Source of the DNA: Candidatus Cloacimonadota bacterium | GTDB lineage: Bacteria; Cloacimonadota; Cloacimonadia; Cloacimonadales; Cloacimonadaceae | Length of the DNA stretch: 56,571 nucleotides | Assembly: GCA_027318475.1 (NCBI GenBank) | Contig: DAHVPC010000001.1 | Span: 1 to 56,571 of the forward strand | Reading direction: 5' to 3' | Shown here: positions 39,078-48,983 of the stretch, piece after piece | How the letters are laid out: the number at the start of each line of letters is the position of its first letter | Position numbering within the stretch: the first letter of the stretch is position 1 | Notes under the pieces: model-generated | Told to the model about the DNA's origin: nothing | Seen by the model: only the letters and a program-made list of their open reading frames with translations | The model's database searches: none | Made by a program: the position numbers and the translations under genes

Positions 39078-40016
39078 TCATTCCGATTCTTGCGGAAATG
39101 TTTGATCCGCAAGCACGATAGCGCCTAAAACTCCGGCGCGGTTGCCCTCGCATGCCCCTTCCAGAGCGGTCGCGGAGCGGTTTATCTCCGGCAGCAGGCT
39201 TCTGATCGCGGCGAACAGCTGCTCCGGAGGATAAAGGTTTCCATCCATAGCGCCGCCACCCAGAACCACCCGGTCCGGATCCAGCAGCACGATCAGGTTC
39301 GCAATGCCCCTCGCCAGGATCGTCATTCCTTCCTGGATAATCTCACCAACCCTGGGAAAACTTTCACGGGTGGCCAGGATGCCCAACAGGCCGTCCTTGG
39401 GACTGCAGATATCTCCCAGTTCCCCAATGATCCTACGCCGGATTCCGTCCACCGAGGTGTAGGCTTCCAGGCAGCCGTTGCGTCCGCAGGTGCAGGGAAC
39501 GCCCTGCTGGACGCTGATGATGTGGCCAAGTTCCATCGCCCATCCATGCGCGCCATGATAGAGCCTGCCGCCGTTTACCAGTCCGCAGCCGATTCCGCTG
39601 CCCACGGTGATGCCCACGGTAAGCCCCTCTGAACCGCGCAGCCAGGCCTCGCCCAAGGCCATCAGATTGGCGTCGTTATCGCTGGCGACGGGTATTCCCA
39701 AATGGGCAGGGACGAGTTGGCGGGGATCGTGGCCCACCCAGAAAGGCAGGTTGGGATTGACACCGGCCAGGAGCATGCTAGCCCGGTCGATGGTGCCGGG
39801 AGTGCCGATGCCGATAGCCCGGATGCTGCCGGATCCTGTCAGGGATTCACAGTGGGCCAGGATATCCTGAACGGTGCCTTGCAAGCAGGCCAGGGAGCGC
39901 TGGGCAAGCTCTTGTTTGGAGAAGAACTGTAAACCCAGTTGACAATCGCCGAAGCCGTATTTGATGCTGGAGGCTCCGATGTCCAAGCCTAAGAGGAATG
40001 TATCTTTGGTTGACAT
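39078..40016 (-). CDS. ROK family sugar kinase (glucokinase-like)
   Basis: GLDIGAS, DNDANLMALGE, TVGSGIGCG, ELGH, CTCGRNGCLEAY. Confidence 0.92.
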   Translation of the reverse strand: MSTKDTFLLGLDIGASSIKYGFGDCQLGLQFFSKQELAQRSLACLQGTVQDILAHCESLTGSGSIRAIGIGTPGTIDRASMLLAGVNPNLPFWVGHDPRQLVPAHLGIPVASDNDANLMALGEAWLRGSEGLTVGITVGSGIGCGLVNGGRLYHGAHGWAMELGHIISVQQGVPCTCGRNGCLEAYTSVDGIRRRIIGELGDICSPKDGLLGILATRESFPRVGEIIQEGMTILARGIANLIVLLDPDRVVLGGGAMDGNLYPPEQLFAAIRSLLPEINRSATALEGACEGNRAGVLGAIVLADQTFPQESE

Positions 40017-40026
40017 AGTAAAAAAA

Positions 40027-40102
40027 TGGGGTGGGTGATGGGAGTTGAACCCACAACGCCCGGAACCACAATCCGGTGCTCTGCCATTGAACTACACCCA
40101 CC
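40027..40102 (-). tRNA. tRNA-His(GUG)
   Basis: G-1, acceptor GTGGGTG/CACCCAC, anticodon arm CCGGA-TTGTGGT-TCCGG, encoded CCA. Confidence 0.95.
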
Positions 40103-40141
40103 ACAAAGTGGCTGATATATCCAGTATGATTCAGGAATTTA

Positions 40142-40218
40142 TGGCACGCCAGAAGGGATTCGAACCCCCGACCCGCAGCTTAGAAGGCTGCTGCTCTATC
40201 CGACTGAGCTACTGGCGC
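40142..40218 (-). tRNA. tRNA-Arg(UCU)
   Basis: GCGCCAG..., anticodon arm GCAGC-CTTCTAA-GCTGC, GGTTCGAATCC, CCA. Confidence 0.95.
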
Positions 40219-40228
40219 AGGATGAGTC

Positions 40229-40305
40229 TGGTAGCGGCGCAGGGATTTGAACCCCGGACCTCCGGATTATGATTCCGCTGCTCTAACCAGCTGAGCTACA
40301 CCGCC
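40229..40305 (-). tRNA. tRNA-Met(CAU), probably elongator
   Basis: GGCGGTGTAGCTCAG...ATCATAA...GGTTCAAATCC...ACCA with a paired 1:72 position. Ile2 not formally excluded. Confidence 0.88.
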
Positions 40306-40352
40306 ACGTGCACATATATACAAAATCCGGCGACTGGCGCCGGCATAAAAAA

Positions 40353-40428
<76 letters not shown>

Positions 40429-40563
40429 TCATTGTTGTTCCATAAATTTGAACCCCCGGTTTTTTGTCAAGCCCAAATTTCACTGCCTGAGCCAAGCTGG
40501 GTGCGTGCTATCCTGAACAAGCAAGGTAATCGTGCTAACCCCCGACCCCAGATCCAGGCCTCG

Positions 40564-40646
40564 CTCCCGTTATCATTGCGCCGTCATTGCGCGCTCACTA
40601 CGGGCAAAGCCCGCAATGAGCGCGTAATGACGGCGCAATGCTCGCG
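40564..40646. repeat. 11-bp-periodic palindrome, copy 3
   Basis: CTCCCGTTATCATTGCGCCGTCATTGCGCGCTCACTACGGGCAAAGCCCGCAATGAGCGCGTAATGACGGCGCAATGCTCGCG. Confidence 0.85.
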
Positions 40647-40969
40647 GGACTGCTGTCACAAGTGCAATTGAACGGTTAGCGACACTGAGTTACAGATGGT
40701 TCGAGTAGATTTAGAGGTTCTCTTCCAAACCGAGGAGGTTAGGATTCGGTATATGGCAGAATTGGGTTGGGGACGTCCCGTTGCCTCAGAGTCCGCAGGA
40801 CTCTTCAGAAGCCGGCTCCGCCGACTCTGTCGACCCGGAGGTCGACAGCCCAAAAAGCAGGATTCGAACAGGGTTGTTACTGCTCAGTATCCTTTTCGTT
40901 TGAAAGGAAGCCTTCCTTTTCAACATTAAACCTCTAACTGGCAGCGCAGCGAAATCACACCGCCCCCAC

Positions 40970-41007
40970 AAAAAAACAGACGGCACCCCGGTCGTCAGGA
41001 TGCCGTC
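40970..41007 (-). terminator. Terminator of the dapA...nfeD operon
   Basis: GACGGCATCCTG...CGGGGTGCCGTC then TGTTTTTTT on the minus strand. Confidence 0.75.
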
Positions 41008-41028
41008 ATTAGCGTTGAAAGCGGGATG

Positions 41029-41475
41029 TTATTGGACTATTCCGACCACCAGTTTATTGCCGTCAACGTCCAGAACGGTTACTTTGGCGTTCAGTTCGAC
41101 AGCTGAAGCATCTGGGGTGATGGCCACCCATTCCTCGCCGCCGATCTTCACGTAGCCTTTGCCGTCAGCCGGGATGGCTTTGGTGATGAAGCCGGTTTTG
41201 CCTTTGAGTGCGTAGACGTTGGTTTCGCTGCCTGGATGCCGCAATACTTTTTTGCCCACCTTGCGGGTGAACAGGAAGGCGATGAAACTGAGCACGGCGA
41301 AGGTGACTATCTGCAGAGGGATGCTGGCGCTGTAGAAATGGAGGAGGCTCAGCAGGCCGGTGACGATCGCGCCGATGCCCAGAGCAATGAAGAAGAACGC
41401 CGGATCGAAGATCTCGATGATCACAAAGAGGATCCCGAGAATGATCCAGACATGCCAGGGCTCGATGAAGTTCAT
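41029..41475 (-). CDS. NfeD-like membrane protein
   Basis: W..LG....IIEI N-terminal helices; GYVKIGGEEW and DGNKLVV OB-fold motifs. Confidence 0.9.
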   Translation of the reverse strand: MNFIEPWHVWIILGILFVIIEIFDPAFFFIALGIGAIVTGLLSLLHFYSASIPLQIVTFAVLSFIAFLFTRKVGKKVLRHPGSETNVYALKGKTGFITKAIPADGKGYVKIGGEEWVAITPDASAVELNAKVTVLDVDGNKLVVGIVQ

Positions 41476-41489
41476 GGTTTCTCCCCGCG

Positions 41490-42410
41490 TTATTTTCCGG
41501 AGGGCGCTTGCTTGTTGTCCTCACCCTCTGGCGGTGTGGTTGGTTTGCCTTTGTAAATGCGTTTGACCTTCCGTTTGCCGCTGCCATAGCCGTAACGGTT
41601 GTAATAGCGGTTGGCGTAGTTCCCATAACCGTAACTGCCGCTGGTGCCGCTCATACTGGTGGGTAAGCCTTTCACGCCCATCAGGGTTAAAAGGTACATC
41701 AGCAGTTTTGTGCCGTAGTAGGCGATGATGATGCCGAAGAAGATCACCAGCAAGGCCTTGCCCAACTGGATCAGGAAGCGGTTGACGATGGAGATGTTCC
41801 GGCCCATGACCGGCAACAGCTGGACGTAAAGCAGCGTGGTATCGGCCTGGCGGAGAATATCCACGGTGTTCTCCAGTTGCCGGATCTCTTCGTTGATCTT
41901 GTTTTTAGCTGCCGAGAGGTCGCCGAAATTGGTGGTCATCGTACCCAGCAGGCTCAGTTCTTCGCGTTTGTCGGCCAGGATGGATTCCTCGGTGCTGAGT
42001 TTCTTGGTGACCAGAGCGGTGTCCACGATCTCCTTATGCTCTTCGATGTTGCCCAAAGCGGAAAGTTTCTTTACCAGATCCGGAACCATCGCTCCCCGCA
42101 CTCTGAAAATATAGACGCCGTAGCCGGGTTCGGTGGATTTGAGCAGCGGCCTTTCCCCAGCCACGATGTAGCTGTCGATGATGGAGTTGATGTTTTGCAG
42201 GGCGGAACTGATGTCCGTGCAGCGGACCTTGACTGTGGCTTTGTTCAGCGAACCGCTGTCCCGGTATTGGGCGTTCGGCCCGCGTAAGATCTGGTCGAAG
42301 CGGGGTGCAATATCCCGTTGTTTCTGAGTCGTCAGACCCGCATAGGCAAGAGCGACGAAGATCACTAGAATCGCGAGCCCTCTCACTCTCTGTTTAGACA
42401 TTCTGGCCAT
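41490..42410 (-). CDS. Hypothetical membrane protein (DUF4349-like architecture)
   Basis: N-terminal anchor, ferredoxin-like region plus coiled coil, C-terminal TM helix, G/Y/K-rich tail. Confidence 0.65.
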   Translation of the reverse strand: MARMSKQRVRGLAILVIFVALAYAGLTTQKQRDIAPRFDQILRGPNAQYRDSGSLNKATVKVRCTDISSALQNINSIIDSYIVAGERPLLKSTEPGYGVYIFRVRGAMVPDLVKKLSALGNIEEHKEIVDTALVTKKLSTEESILADKREELSLLGTMTTNFGDLSAAKNKINEEIRQLENTVDILRQADTTLLYVQLLPVMGRNISIVNRFLIQLGKALLVIFFGIIIAYYGTKLLMYLLTLMGVKGLPTSMSGTSGSYGYGNYANRYYNRYGYGSGKRKVKRIYKGKPTTPPEGEDNKQAPSGK

Positions 42411-42411
42411 A

Positions 42412-44115
42412 CTAACCTCGTGTTTTATATTTTTCTACTAGTTCTTGAGCATGCTTTAGCGAGATCCCGGAAACATCGCCGGAAAGCATCCGGGCCAGTT
42501 CTTCCAGCCTCTGCTTGCGTTCCAGCGGGATCATCCGGATCACGTTCTTGCGTTTTCCCGCCTCTTTCTGCAGAGCGATCTGCTGATGCGCGATGGCGGC
42601 GATCTGCGCCAGATGCGTAATGCACAGGATGCGGTGGCTTTGCGCCAGGCGGAAAATGAACTGCGCCACATATTCTGCGGTTTTTCCACCGATCCCGGCA
42701 TCGATCTCGTCCAATATGATCAGTTTTTCTTCAATGCGTTCGGACAGCACTTTCTTGATGGCGAGTAGGATCCGCGAGAGTTCGCCACCGGAAGCCACTG
42801 CGGAAAGCGGTTTTAACTCGCTGCCCCGGTTCGCGCTGAAAAAGAACTGGCAATTGTCCTGACCTCGTTGGGTACACGAATCAAGATATTCAGGAATTAG
42901 GATTTTATCGGCGGCAATCTTGTCAATGATTATCTTAAACTGTGCTTCGGGAATGGAGAGCAGGCTGATGTTGGCAGCCAGTTCCGAGGCGAGTTTTTCG
43001 GCGGCTTGTTGCCGGGACAGGCTGAGTTTGTCGCCTAGGGAACGCAGTTGGACAAAGTCGGCCGCGGTGGATTGCTCCAGTTTCTGGATGCGGACTCCCA
43101 GGTCGGCAAAGGCGTCGATCTGGGCGGCCCGTTGTTTGAACAGCTCCAGAAGCGCGTCGATGTTTTGAGCCTTGTGTTTGTGCAGCAGGGCGTTGATTTC
43201 GTCCAGGCGTTCCCTGACAGCATCCAGTCTGCGGGGATCCTGGGAAACGCTCTGGTTGAGTTCGTTCAGCCCCGAAGCCGCTTCCGCGATCATTTCCAGG
43301 CACTCGGACAGGGTCTGGCCCATTTGGCGCAGCCGTTCATTGACGGCCGTAAAGCGCGCCAGATTCACCACCGAGCGGTTGATCTGGCTGTGGACGCTGT
43401 CTTCGCGGTCGTAGAGGTCGTAGGCGGCGCTGGCAGCGATCTCGCTGATTTCACTGGCATGGCTCAGCAGCTCGAATTCCTGCTGCAGTTCCAGGTCTTC
43501 GCCGCTATGCAGCGCGGCGCTTTCCAGTTCTTCGTACTGGTACTGGTACAATTCACGCAGCTGGCGGTTCGCTTCTTCCTCTTTTCTGAGGGTTTCCAGC
43601 GTTGCAAGGTCTTGCTTCAGTTGGTTGAACTTTGCCGCGTAAGGTTCGCGCAGCGCCTGGTTTTGGGCATAGAGGTCCAGCAGCGTGAGTTGGTAGGAGG
43701 CGGAAAGCAGCTGTTGCTGGTCGCGCTGATGGTGGAAGTCGATCATCAGCGGCTTCAGTTCTTTGAGGAGAGCGCTGGAGACCTTGCGTCCGTTCAGGAA
43801 ATAGGCGGACTTGCCGCCCGGGTTGATTTCCCTGGCCAGGCACAGTTCCGGCTCCGCCGGGTAATCCTGTTCGCGGAGCCAGGCCTTCACATCGGAATTC
43901 CGGGCTACGTCGAAGCTGGCTTCCAGATAGATGGGCTCGCCCTTGGTGAAAGGTTCCAGGCCGGGCGAGTTTTCCCCGAAGATCAGCGCGATCGCGCCTA
44001 CCAGGATGGATTTCCCCGCCCCGGTTTCTCCGCTGAGCACAGTCATGCCGCTGCCGAACTGGATCCTCTGCTCGGGAACGAAGAGGTAGTTGCGGATGTA
44101 GATCTCGGTAAGCAT
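42412..44115 (-). CDS. recN: DNA repair protein RecN
   Basis: SGETGAGKS, coiled coil, ASGGELSR, DEIDAGIGG, ITHLAQIAA. Confidence 0.96.
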   Translation of the reverse strand: MLTEIYIRNYLFVPEQRIQFGSGMTVLSGETGAGKSILVGAIALIFGENSPGLEPFTKGEPIYLEASFDVARNSDVKAWLREQDYPAEPELCLAREINPGGKSAYFLNGRKVSSALLKELKPLMIDFHHQRDQQQLLSASYQLTLLDLYAQNQALREPYAAKFNQLKQDLATLETLRKEEEANRQLRELYQYQYEELESAALHSGEDLELQQEFELLSHASEISEIAASAAYDLYDREDSVHSQINRSVVNLARFTAVNERLRQMGQTLSECLEMIAEAASGLNELNQSVSQDPRRLDAVRERLDEINALLHKHKAQNIDALLELFKQRAAQIDAFADLGVRIQKLEQSTAADFVQLRSLGDKLSLSRQQAAEKLASELAANISLLSIPEAQFKIIIDKIAADKILIPEYLDSCTQRGQDNCQFFFSANRGSELKPLSAVASGGELSRILLAIKKVLSERIEEKLIILDEIDAGIGGKTAEYVAQFIFRLAQSHRILCITHLAQIAAIAHQQIALQKEAGKRKNVIRMIPLERKQRLEELARMLSGDVSGISLKHAQELVEKYKTRG

Positions 44116-44973
44116 CTACTTGCCCAGATTCATTTTGCGGCGCAAGATCTGGTAGAATGTGCGGTTGGAAAGTTTGATGAATTGCACCCGTTGTTTGGCG
44201 GCCGAGATCAGCACTTCGTCGTTTTCCTCGATGTGGCCGCAGGTGACACCGTCGATCTGTAGCGAAGCCGGAACCGTGAGCCCGTGCACCTTCAGCAGTA
44301 TATGGTCCCCGGCGGGAAATACCATCGGCCGGATGGTCAGCAAATGCGGATTGAGGGGATTGAGCACGATAGCTTGCATTTCCGGCGTGAGCAGCGGTCC
44401 GCCCACTGAAAGCGAATATGCCGTGGAACCCGTGGGGGTGCTGGTGATAACCCCGTCGCAGCGGGTATCGAAGACGAAGCGGCCGCCGTTGAAGATGCGC
44501 ACATGGATCAGGCGCGGAGTGTCCGCTTTATACACCACCGCGTCGTTCAGCGCCAGGCCTTTGAAGATGATCCTGCCATTCCGCTTGAGCTGGCAGTTGA
44601 GCAGCATCCGCGCCAACAGCCTGTATTTATGGCTGATGAGGTCGCGCAGCGAGTCCTTCAGTTCCCGCAGCGTGGTTTCCGAAAGGAATCCCAGATACCC
44701 CAGATTGATGCCCAGGATCGGCGCTCCGGTTCTTAAGGCGATATCCTTTGCCCGCAAAATAGTGCCGTCGCCGCCAAAGACCAGAACGCAGTCCACGCTG
44801 GTGTTTTGCCCTTGCTCGAGGTCCTGGTAGCCGATTCCCGGAGGCAGGAATTCACGCTGCTCCTGCAAGCCGAAAAAGTTCACGGAGTATTGCCGGGCCA
44901 GGGTTTGCAGCAGGTTGCCGATGGCCTCCTGATCGGCGAAAAGGGGATTGATATAGACGGCGAAGTTCTTCAT
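44116..44973 (-). CDS. nadK: NAD+ kinase
   Basis: GGDGT, GINLGYLGFL, LND, STPTGSTAYSLSVGGP. Confidence 0.96.
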   Translation of the reverse strand: MKNFAVYINPLFADQEAIGNLLQTLARQYSVNFFGLQEQREFLPPGIGYQDLEQGQNTSVDCVLVFGGDGTILRAKDIALRTGAPILGINLGYLGFLSETTLRELKDSLRDLISHKYRLLARMLLNCQLKRNGRIIFKGLALNDAVVYKADTPRLIHVRIFNGGRFVFDTRCDGVITSTPTGSTAYSLSVGGPLLTPEMQAIVLNPLNPHLLTIRPMVFPAGDHILLKVHGLTVPASLQIDGVTCGHIEENDEVLISAAKQRVQFIKLSNRTFYQILRRKMNLGK

Positions 44974-44975
44974 GG

Positions 44976-46040
44976 TTATAGCGATTCCTGTATCCTGAGG
45001 TAGGATTCGTAGCGCTCCACAGGCAGTTTTTCCTCTTCCAGGGCTTGCAGTACGGCGCAGTCGGATTCATGCGTATGGCTGCAATCGCGGAACCGGCAAT
45101 GGGGCGCCCAGCGTGAAAAACCGGGAAAAATCCTGGGTATCTCCGCTTTGGCGTCGCGATGCAGGTTAACCGTCTTGATGCCCGGCGTATCCAACAAATG
45201 GCCGCCGAAACTCCAGGGAATGAGGATCGCCTGCGTAGTGGTGTGCCTGCCCTTTTCGTTGTAGTCGCTGACCTCTGCTGTGGGCAGGTTCAGCGCGGGT
45301 TCCAGCCAGTTGATCAGGGTGCTCTTGCCGGTGCCGGATTGCCCGGAAAACACGCTGTCCCGGTCTTGCAGGGCCTGTTTCAGCTCAGCCATGCCTTCGC
45401 CGGTTACTGCGGAAGTGCGCAGAACCTGATAGCCGGATTCCCCGTAATAGGCGGTGCTTTCATCCAGTTCGCTTCTGTCCTCGCAGAGGTCCACCTTGTT
45501 GATCACGATCACCGCGTCCAGTCCTTCCAGCGCCGCGATGCAAAGATAGCGGTCGATGAGGCCGAACTTCACCAGCGGCATCCTCCACGAGGTGGTGATT
45601 ATCACCTGGTCGATGTTGGCGGCCAGGATGATCTCTTTCTGAAATCCGCCGCCAGCATAGCGGGAAAGCGTGTTCTTGCGGGGCAGGATGTTTTCGATGC
45701 GGTAGTCCGGAGCGTTGGCGAGGTCAAGTTCCACAGCATCGCCGACAGCGGAAAGCGCCGTGCTGGCATAGGAATACTGCTTGAGCCGGCCGGAAAGCGA
45801 AGCCCGGTGATACACTCCGCCCACTTCCACGATGTACAGGTAATTGCTCTTGATCTCCGCGATGCGTCCTGGCACCAGGCGCAGATTGCCTTTGAAGGTC
45901 TCATGCCGTTTGTGCTCGGCACGCAGGGTCTTGTACGCGGTTTGCTCGCGGGTGTCGTCCAGTTCGTCCAGATCGGGTACTTTCACCGCGTTCATCCGCT
46001 CGTTTTTGGCCAAAGTCTTCTTCTTATCCCGTTGCTTCAT
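44976..46040 (-). CDS. rsgA: Ribosome small subunit-dependent GTPase A
   Basis: AANID, NKVD, GQSGTGKS, GRHTTT, DTPG, CRFRDCSHTHESDC. Confidence 0.96.
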   Translation of the reverse strand: MKQRDKKKTLAKNERMNAVKVPDLDELDDTREQTAYKTLRAEHKRHETFKGNLRLVPGRIAEIKSNYLYIVEVGGVYHRASLSGRLKQYSYASTALSAVGDAVELDLANAPDYRIENILPRKNTLSRYAGGGFQKEIILAANIDQVIITTSWRMPLVKFGLIDRYLCIAALEGLDAVIVINKVDLCEDRSELDESTAYYGESGYQVLRTSAVTGEGMAELKQALQDRDSVFSGQSGTGKSTLINWLEPALNLPTAEVSDYNEKGRHTTTQAILIPWSFGGHLLDTPGIKTVNLHRDAKAEIPRIFPGFSRWAPHCRFRDCSHTHESDCAVLQALEEEKLPVERYESYLRIQESL

Positions 46041-46045
46041 GCGCC

Positions 46046-48967
46046 TCAGTCAAACACCGGAGTCAGTTTGTGGAAAAGGTCTTTGGCTTCCTGCAGTTTC
46101 GCTTCGTTGCCGAAGACGCAGAAATGGTTGTTGACCATTATCGCTTCGATCATATCGGCGTAAGCGTGGATGTCCTCCACTTTGGTGCCTAGCACTTCGT
46201 CGCGGATCTGCTGGCGGTCTTCCTGTGTGAATCCGGTGATGTAGTCTTCATCGGCTTGGAGCCCCATCCCTTCTGGCGTTTTGGGATAGTCGAGGCTGGA
46301 GATCTCGCCGATGATGTATTTCTCCAGTTCCCGCTTGCTGCAAACGAAGGAGCGCAGATATTCCGGCACTCGGTCGTAAACCTCCAAAGTCTCGCGCAGA
46401 TTGGGATCCCTGTAGGAACAGAAATACATGTTGCCCGCCAGGCTGAAATTGGCCATGGTACCGTAGGCGCCGCCTTTCTCGCGCAGTTCGCGGTGCAGGA
46501 AATCGTTGGCGAGGATGTTGTTCAGCACTCTCAGATGCCCGGAATAGGAATAGCCTTTGCGGAAGAAGTTTCCGCCTTTGGCGCAGAATTGGATCTGCAC
46601 GGGCGCCAGGATGCCTTCATTGAGTTCCGTGGGATGGAAATGCTGCTCGATTGGTTCGTAAGCCTCGGATGATATGTTGTTCAACATGGGCTTCAGGCAG
46701 TTTAACGTGCTCTGGATGCCGCTTTCGTCGGCAGTTACGCTGAGCAGCATTTTGCTTTTGGTGAAGAACCTGGCTCTCACCCGGTCCAGATTCGCCATGA
46801 TGGACTGGATATCGCTGTCCAACTGCTTCTCCAGGCCCACCAGGAAATGGTAGTAGCCCAGGCCTTGCGTGAGATCGGTGAAATGGTGGATCTGGCTGAA
46901 CGGCGCGAACATCCGGTTGATCGCCACAACCACGCCCCGTCCCAACAACTGCGCTTCCAGCTTGGCTTTGGCTTCCCGGATCAGCAGACCCAAGCGCCCC
47001 GCGTCCGTGAACACAGGCCGCAAAGCCACTTCCGCCGCCAGTTCCGCCAGTTTGTCCGCCTTGGCATAGACGGCTTTTCCGCCCAGAATATACTTGGGCA
47101 AAATCAAGTCCGGATCCAGATAGCTGTTTCTCAGGCTTAGTTGCAGGTAGATGCCGCCGGTGTGGATGTCGACTTCGTTGGAAAGGTCCGCGTAGCCATG
47201 GTTCTGGCTGTCCACCAGGCCGGCCAGATAGGCGTAGAGCGCCAGCCACGGCAGGTCCTGTTCTTCAGCGTGGCTGAGGTCGAAGTAGCCCTTCAGATAG
47301 ACGATGCCGTTGGTGTTAAGCGGGTGCTTGAGCAGCGTGAGCTCGTGCCATTTTTCGATCTCGAGGGGATAGCTTGCGGCTTGCGTATTGATGTCGTTGA
47401 GGCTGAGCATAGGAATTTTGGCCAGGTCTTCCGCGCTCACTTCTTCGTTTTGCCAGCTCTGGAATTCAGTGTTGAACTCCACCAGTTTGGCGAGCTTCTG
47501 TTTGCCCAGTTTCTTTTTCGTTTCCGCCAGTTCGGCGCGCAATTCCTCGTCCTGACGGTCAGCCAGACCGGGTACGGGAACAAAGGTTACGATGCTGGCG
47601 TGTTTGTTCTTGACCAAAGCGGATTCCAGAAACTTTTCGAAATACGGCTCGGTCAAGCCCCGGCGCAATTCTTCCAGCATGGGCTCGAAACCCAGCGCGT
47701 CCAGCGGGTCGCCGCCATGCAGCCAATACCCGTAAGCGTTCCAGGCATAGAACAAGCCCTTGGGCGCCCAACTCATCTGTGCTTCACGCAGGAAAAACTC
47801 GCGCTGGTTGATGACGCCTTCGATCAGTTTTTTGTCGAAGCCTTCCTTCGCCAGGCGCTTCAATTCGGCATGGATCAGGTCAACCAGGGCGTCGATATCC
47901 CCGCGTTTCACATGCTTGCAGATGATGCCATAGGTGGGCTGCAGCATTCCGTCGCTGATGGTGAAGCTGGTATCGCGCGCCAATCCGGATTTCAGGATCG
48001 CCTGTTTGAGCGGCGAAGCGGGAGTCCACATCAGGAGGCTGATCAGCGTGTTCATGGCCTGGGCGGTTTTCAGGTCCGGATGTTGGCCGTAGGTGAAGTT
48101 CAGGCTCAGGTGATACTGGTCGCTGATGTCCTTGCCTGCTTCGACGGGGTATTCCACCTCCACTTTCTTGACCCTGGCAAAGGCTTTCTGGAGGGGGATG
48201 GCGGCAACTTCCTTCTCGCGCTTGAAATGGGAAAGGTATTCCTTGTCCAGCAGTTCCAGAACGGGTTCCGGGTCCATGTCCCCATAGATGAAGATGTAGG
48301 AATTGGAGGGGTGGTAATACTTCTTGTGAAAGGCGAGGAACTGCTCATTGGTGAGCGAGGGAATCACCTTGGGATCGCCTCCGGAATCGTATCCGTAGGG
48401 CGTATCCGGAAACTGGGCGTGCTGGCTGTAACGGGAAATGATGCCGTCCGGACTGGAAAAAGCGCCCTTCATTTCGTTGTAGACCACGCCGCGGATCTTC
48501 AGGTCGGCTTCCGCTTCAGGCAGTTCGTAGTGCCAGCCTTCCTGATGCAGGATGTTCGGCTGCTCGTAGATCTTGGGGTAAAACACGGCGTCCAGGTAAA
48601 CCCTGGTGAGATTCAGGAAATCCTGGCCGTTGGTGCTGGCGACCGGGTAGAAAGTGGCGTCCGAGCCGGTCATGGCGTTGATGAAGGTGTGCAGCGAGCC
48701 TTTGATCAGCTCCTGGAAAGTGGATTTCCCGGGGAAGTTCTTGGATCCGTTCAACACTGAATGTTCCAGGATGTGCGCACAGCCGGTGCTGTCTTCCGGA
48801 ACGGTCTTGAAGGTGATGCAGAATACTTTGTTGGAGTCGTCTGTGGCCAGGTAGACCAGCCTCGCTCCGCTTTTTACGTGTTCGTAGTGGTGCGCGGTGG
48901 CTTTGATCTCCGTGATCCCGCGCGTTTCCTGCAGCGCGAAGCCGTGCGTCGCAGCCTGCTTTTTCAT
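46046..48967 (-). CDS. M16C insulinase-family peptidase (PreP/Cym1-like)
   Basis: HILEH (HxxEH), GVVYNEMKG, SGGDP, REKGGAYG, SYRDP. Confidence 0.94.
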   Translation of the reverse strand: MKKQAATHGFALQETRGITEIKATAHHYEHVKSGARLVYLATDDSNKVFCITFKTVPEDSTGCAHILEHSVLNGSKNFPGKSTFQELIKGSLHTFINAMTGSDATFYPVASTNGQDFLNLTRVYLDAVFYPKIYEQPNILHQEGWHYELPEAEADLKIRGVVYNEMKGAFSSPDGIISRYSQHAQFPDTPYGYDSGGDPKVIPSLTNEQFLAFHKKYYHPSNSYIFIYGDMDPEPVLELLDKEYLSHFKREKEVAAIPLQKAFARVKKVEVEYPVEAGKDISDQYHLSLNFTYGQHPDLKTAQAMNTLISLLMWTPASPLKQAILKSGLARDTSFTISDGMLQPTYGIICKHVKRGDIDALVDLIHAELKRLAKEGFDKKLIEGVINQREFFLREAQMSWAPKGLFYAWNAYGYWLHGGDPLDALGFEPMLEELRRGLTEPYFEKFLESALVKNKHASIVTFVPVPGLADRQDEELRAELAETKKKLGKQKLAKLVEFNTEFQSWQNEEVSAEDLAKIPMLSLNDINTQAASYPLEIEKWHELTLLKHPLNTNGIVYLKGYFDLSHAEEQDLPWLALYAYLAGLVDSQNHGYADLSNEVDIHTGGIYLQLSLRNSYLDPDLILPKYILGGKAVYAKADKLAELAAEVALRPVFTDAGRLGLLIREAKAKLEAQLLGRGVVVAINRMFAPFSQIHHFTDLTQGLGYYHFLVGLEKQLDSDIQSIMANLDRVRARFFTKSKMLLSVTADESGIQSTLNCLKPMLNNISSEAYEPIEQHFHPTELNEGILAPVQIQFCAKGGNFFRKGYSYSGHLRVLNNILANDFLHRELREKGGAYGTMANFSLAGNMYFCSYRDPNLRETLEVYDRVPEYLRSFVCSKRELEKYIIGEISSLDYPKTPEGMGLQADEDYITGFTQEDRQQIRDEVLGTKVEDIHAYADMIEAIMVNNHFCVFGNEAKLQEAKDLFHKLTPVFD

Positions 48968-48983
48968 GATGATCTCCTGTATC

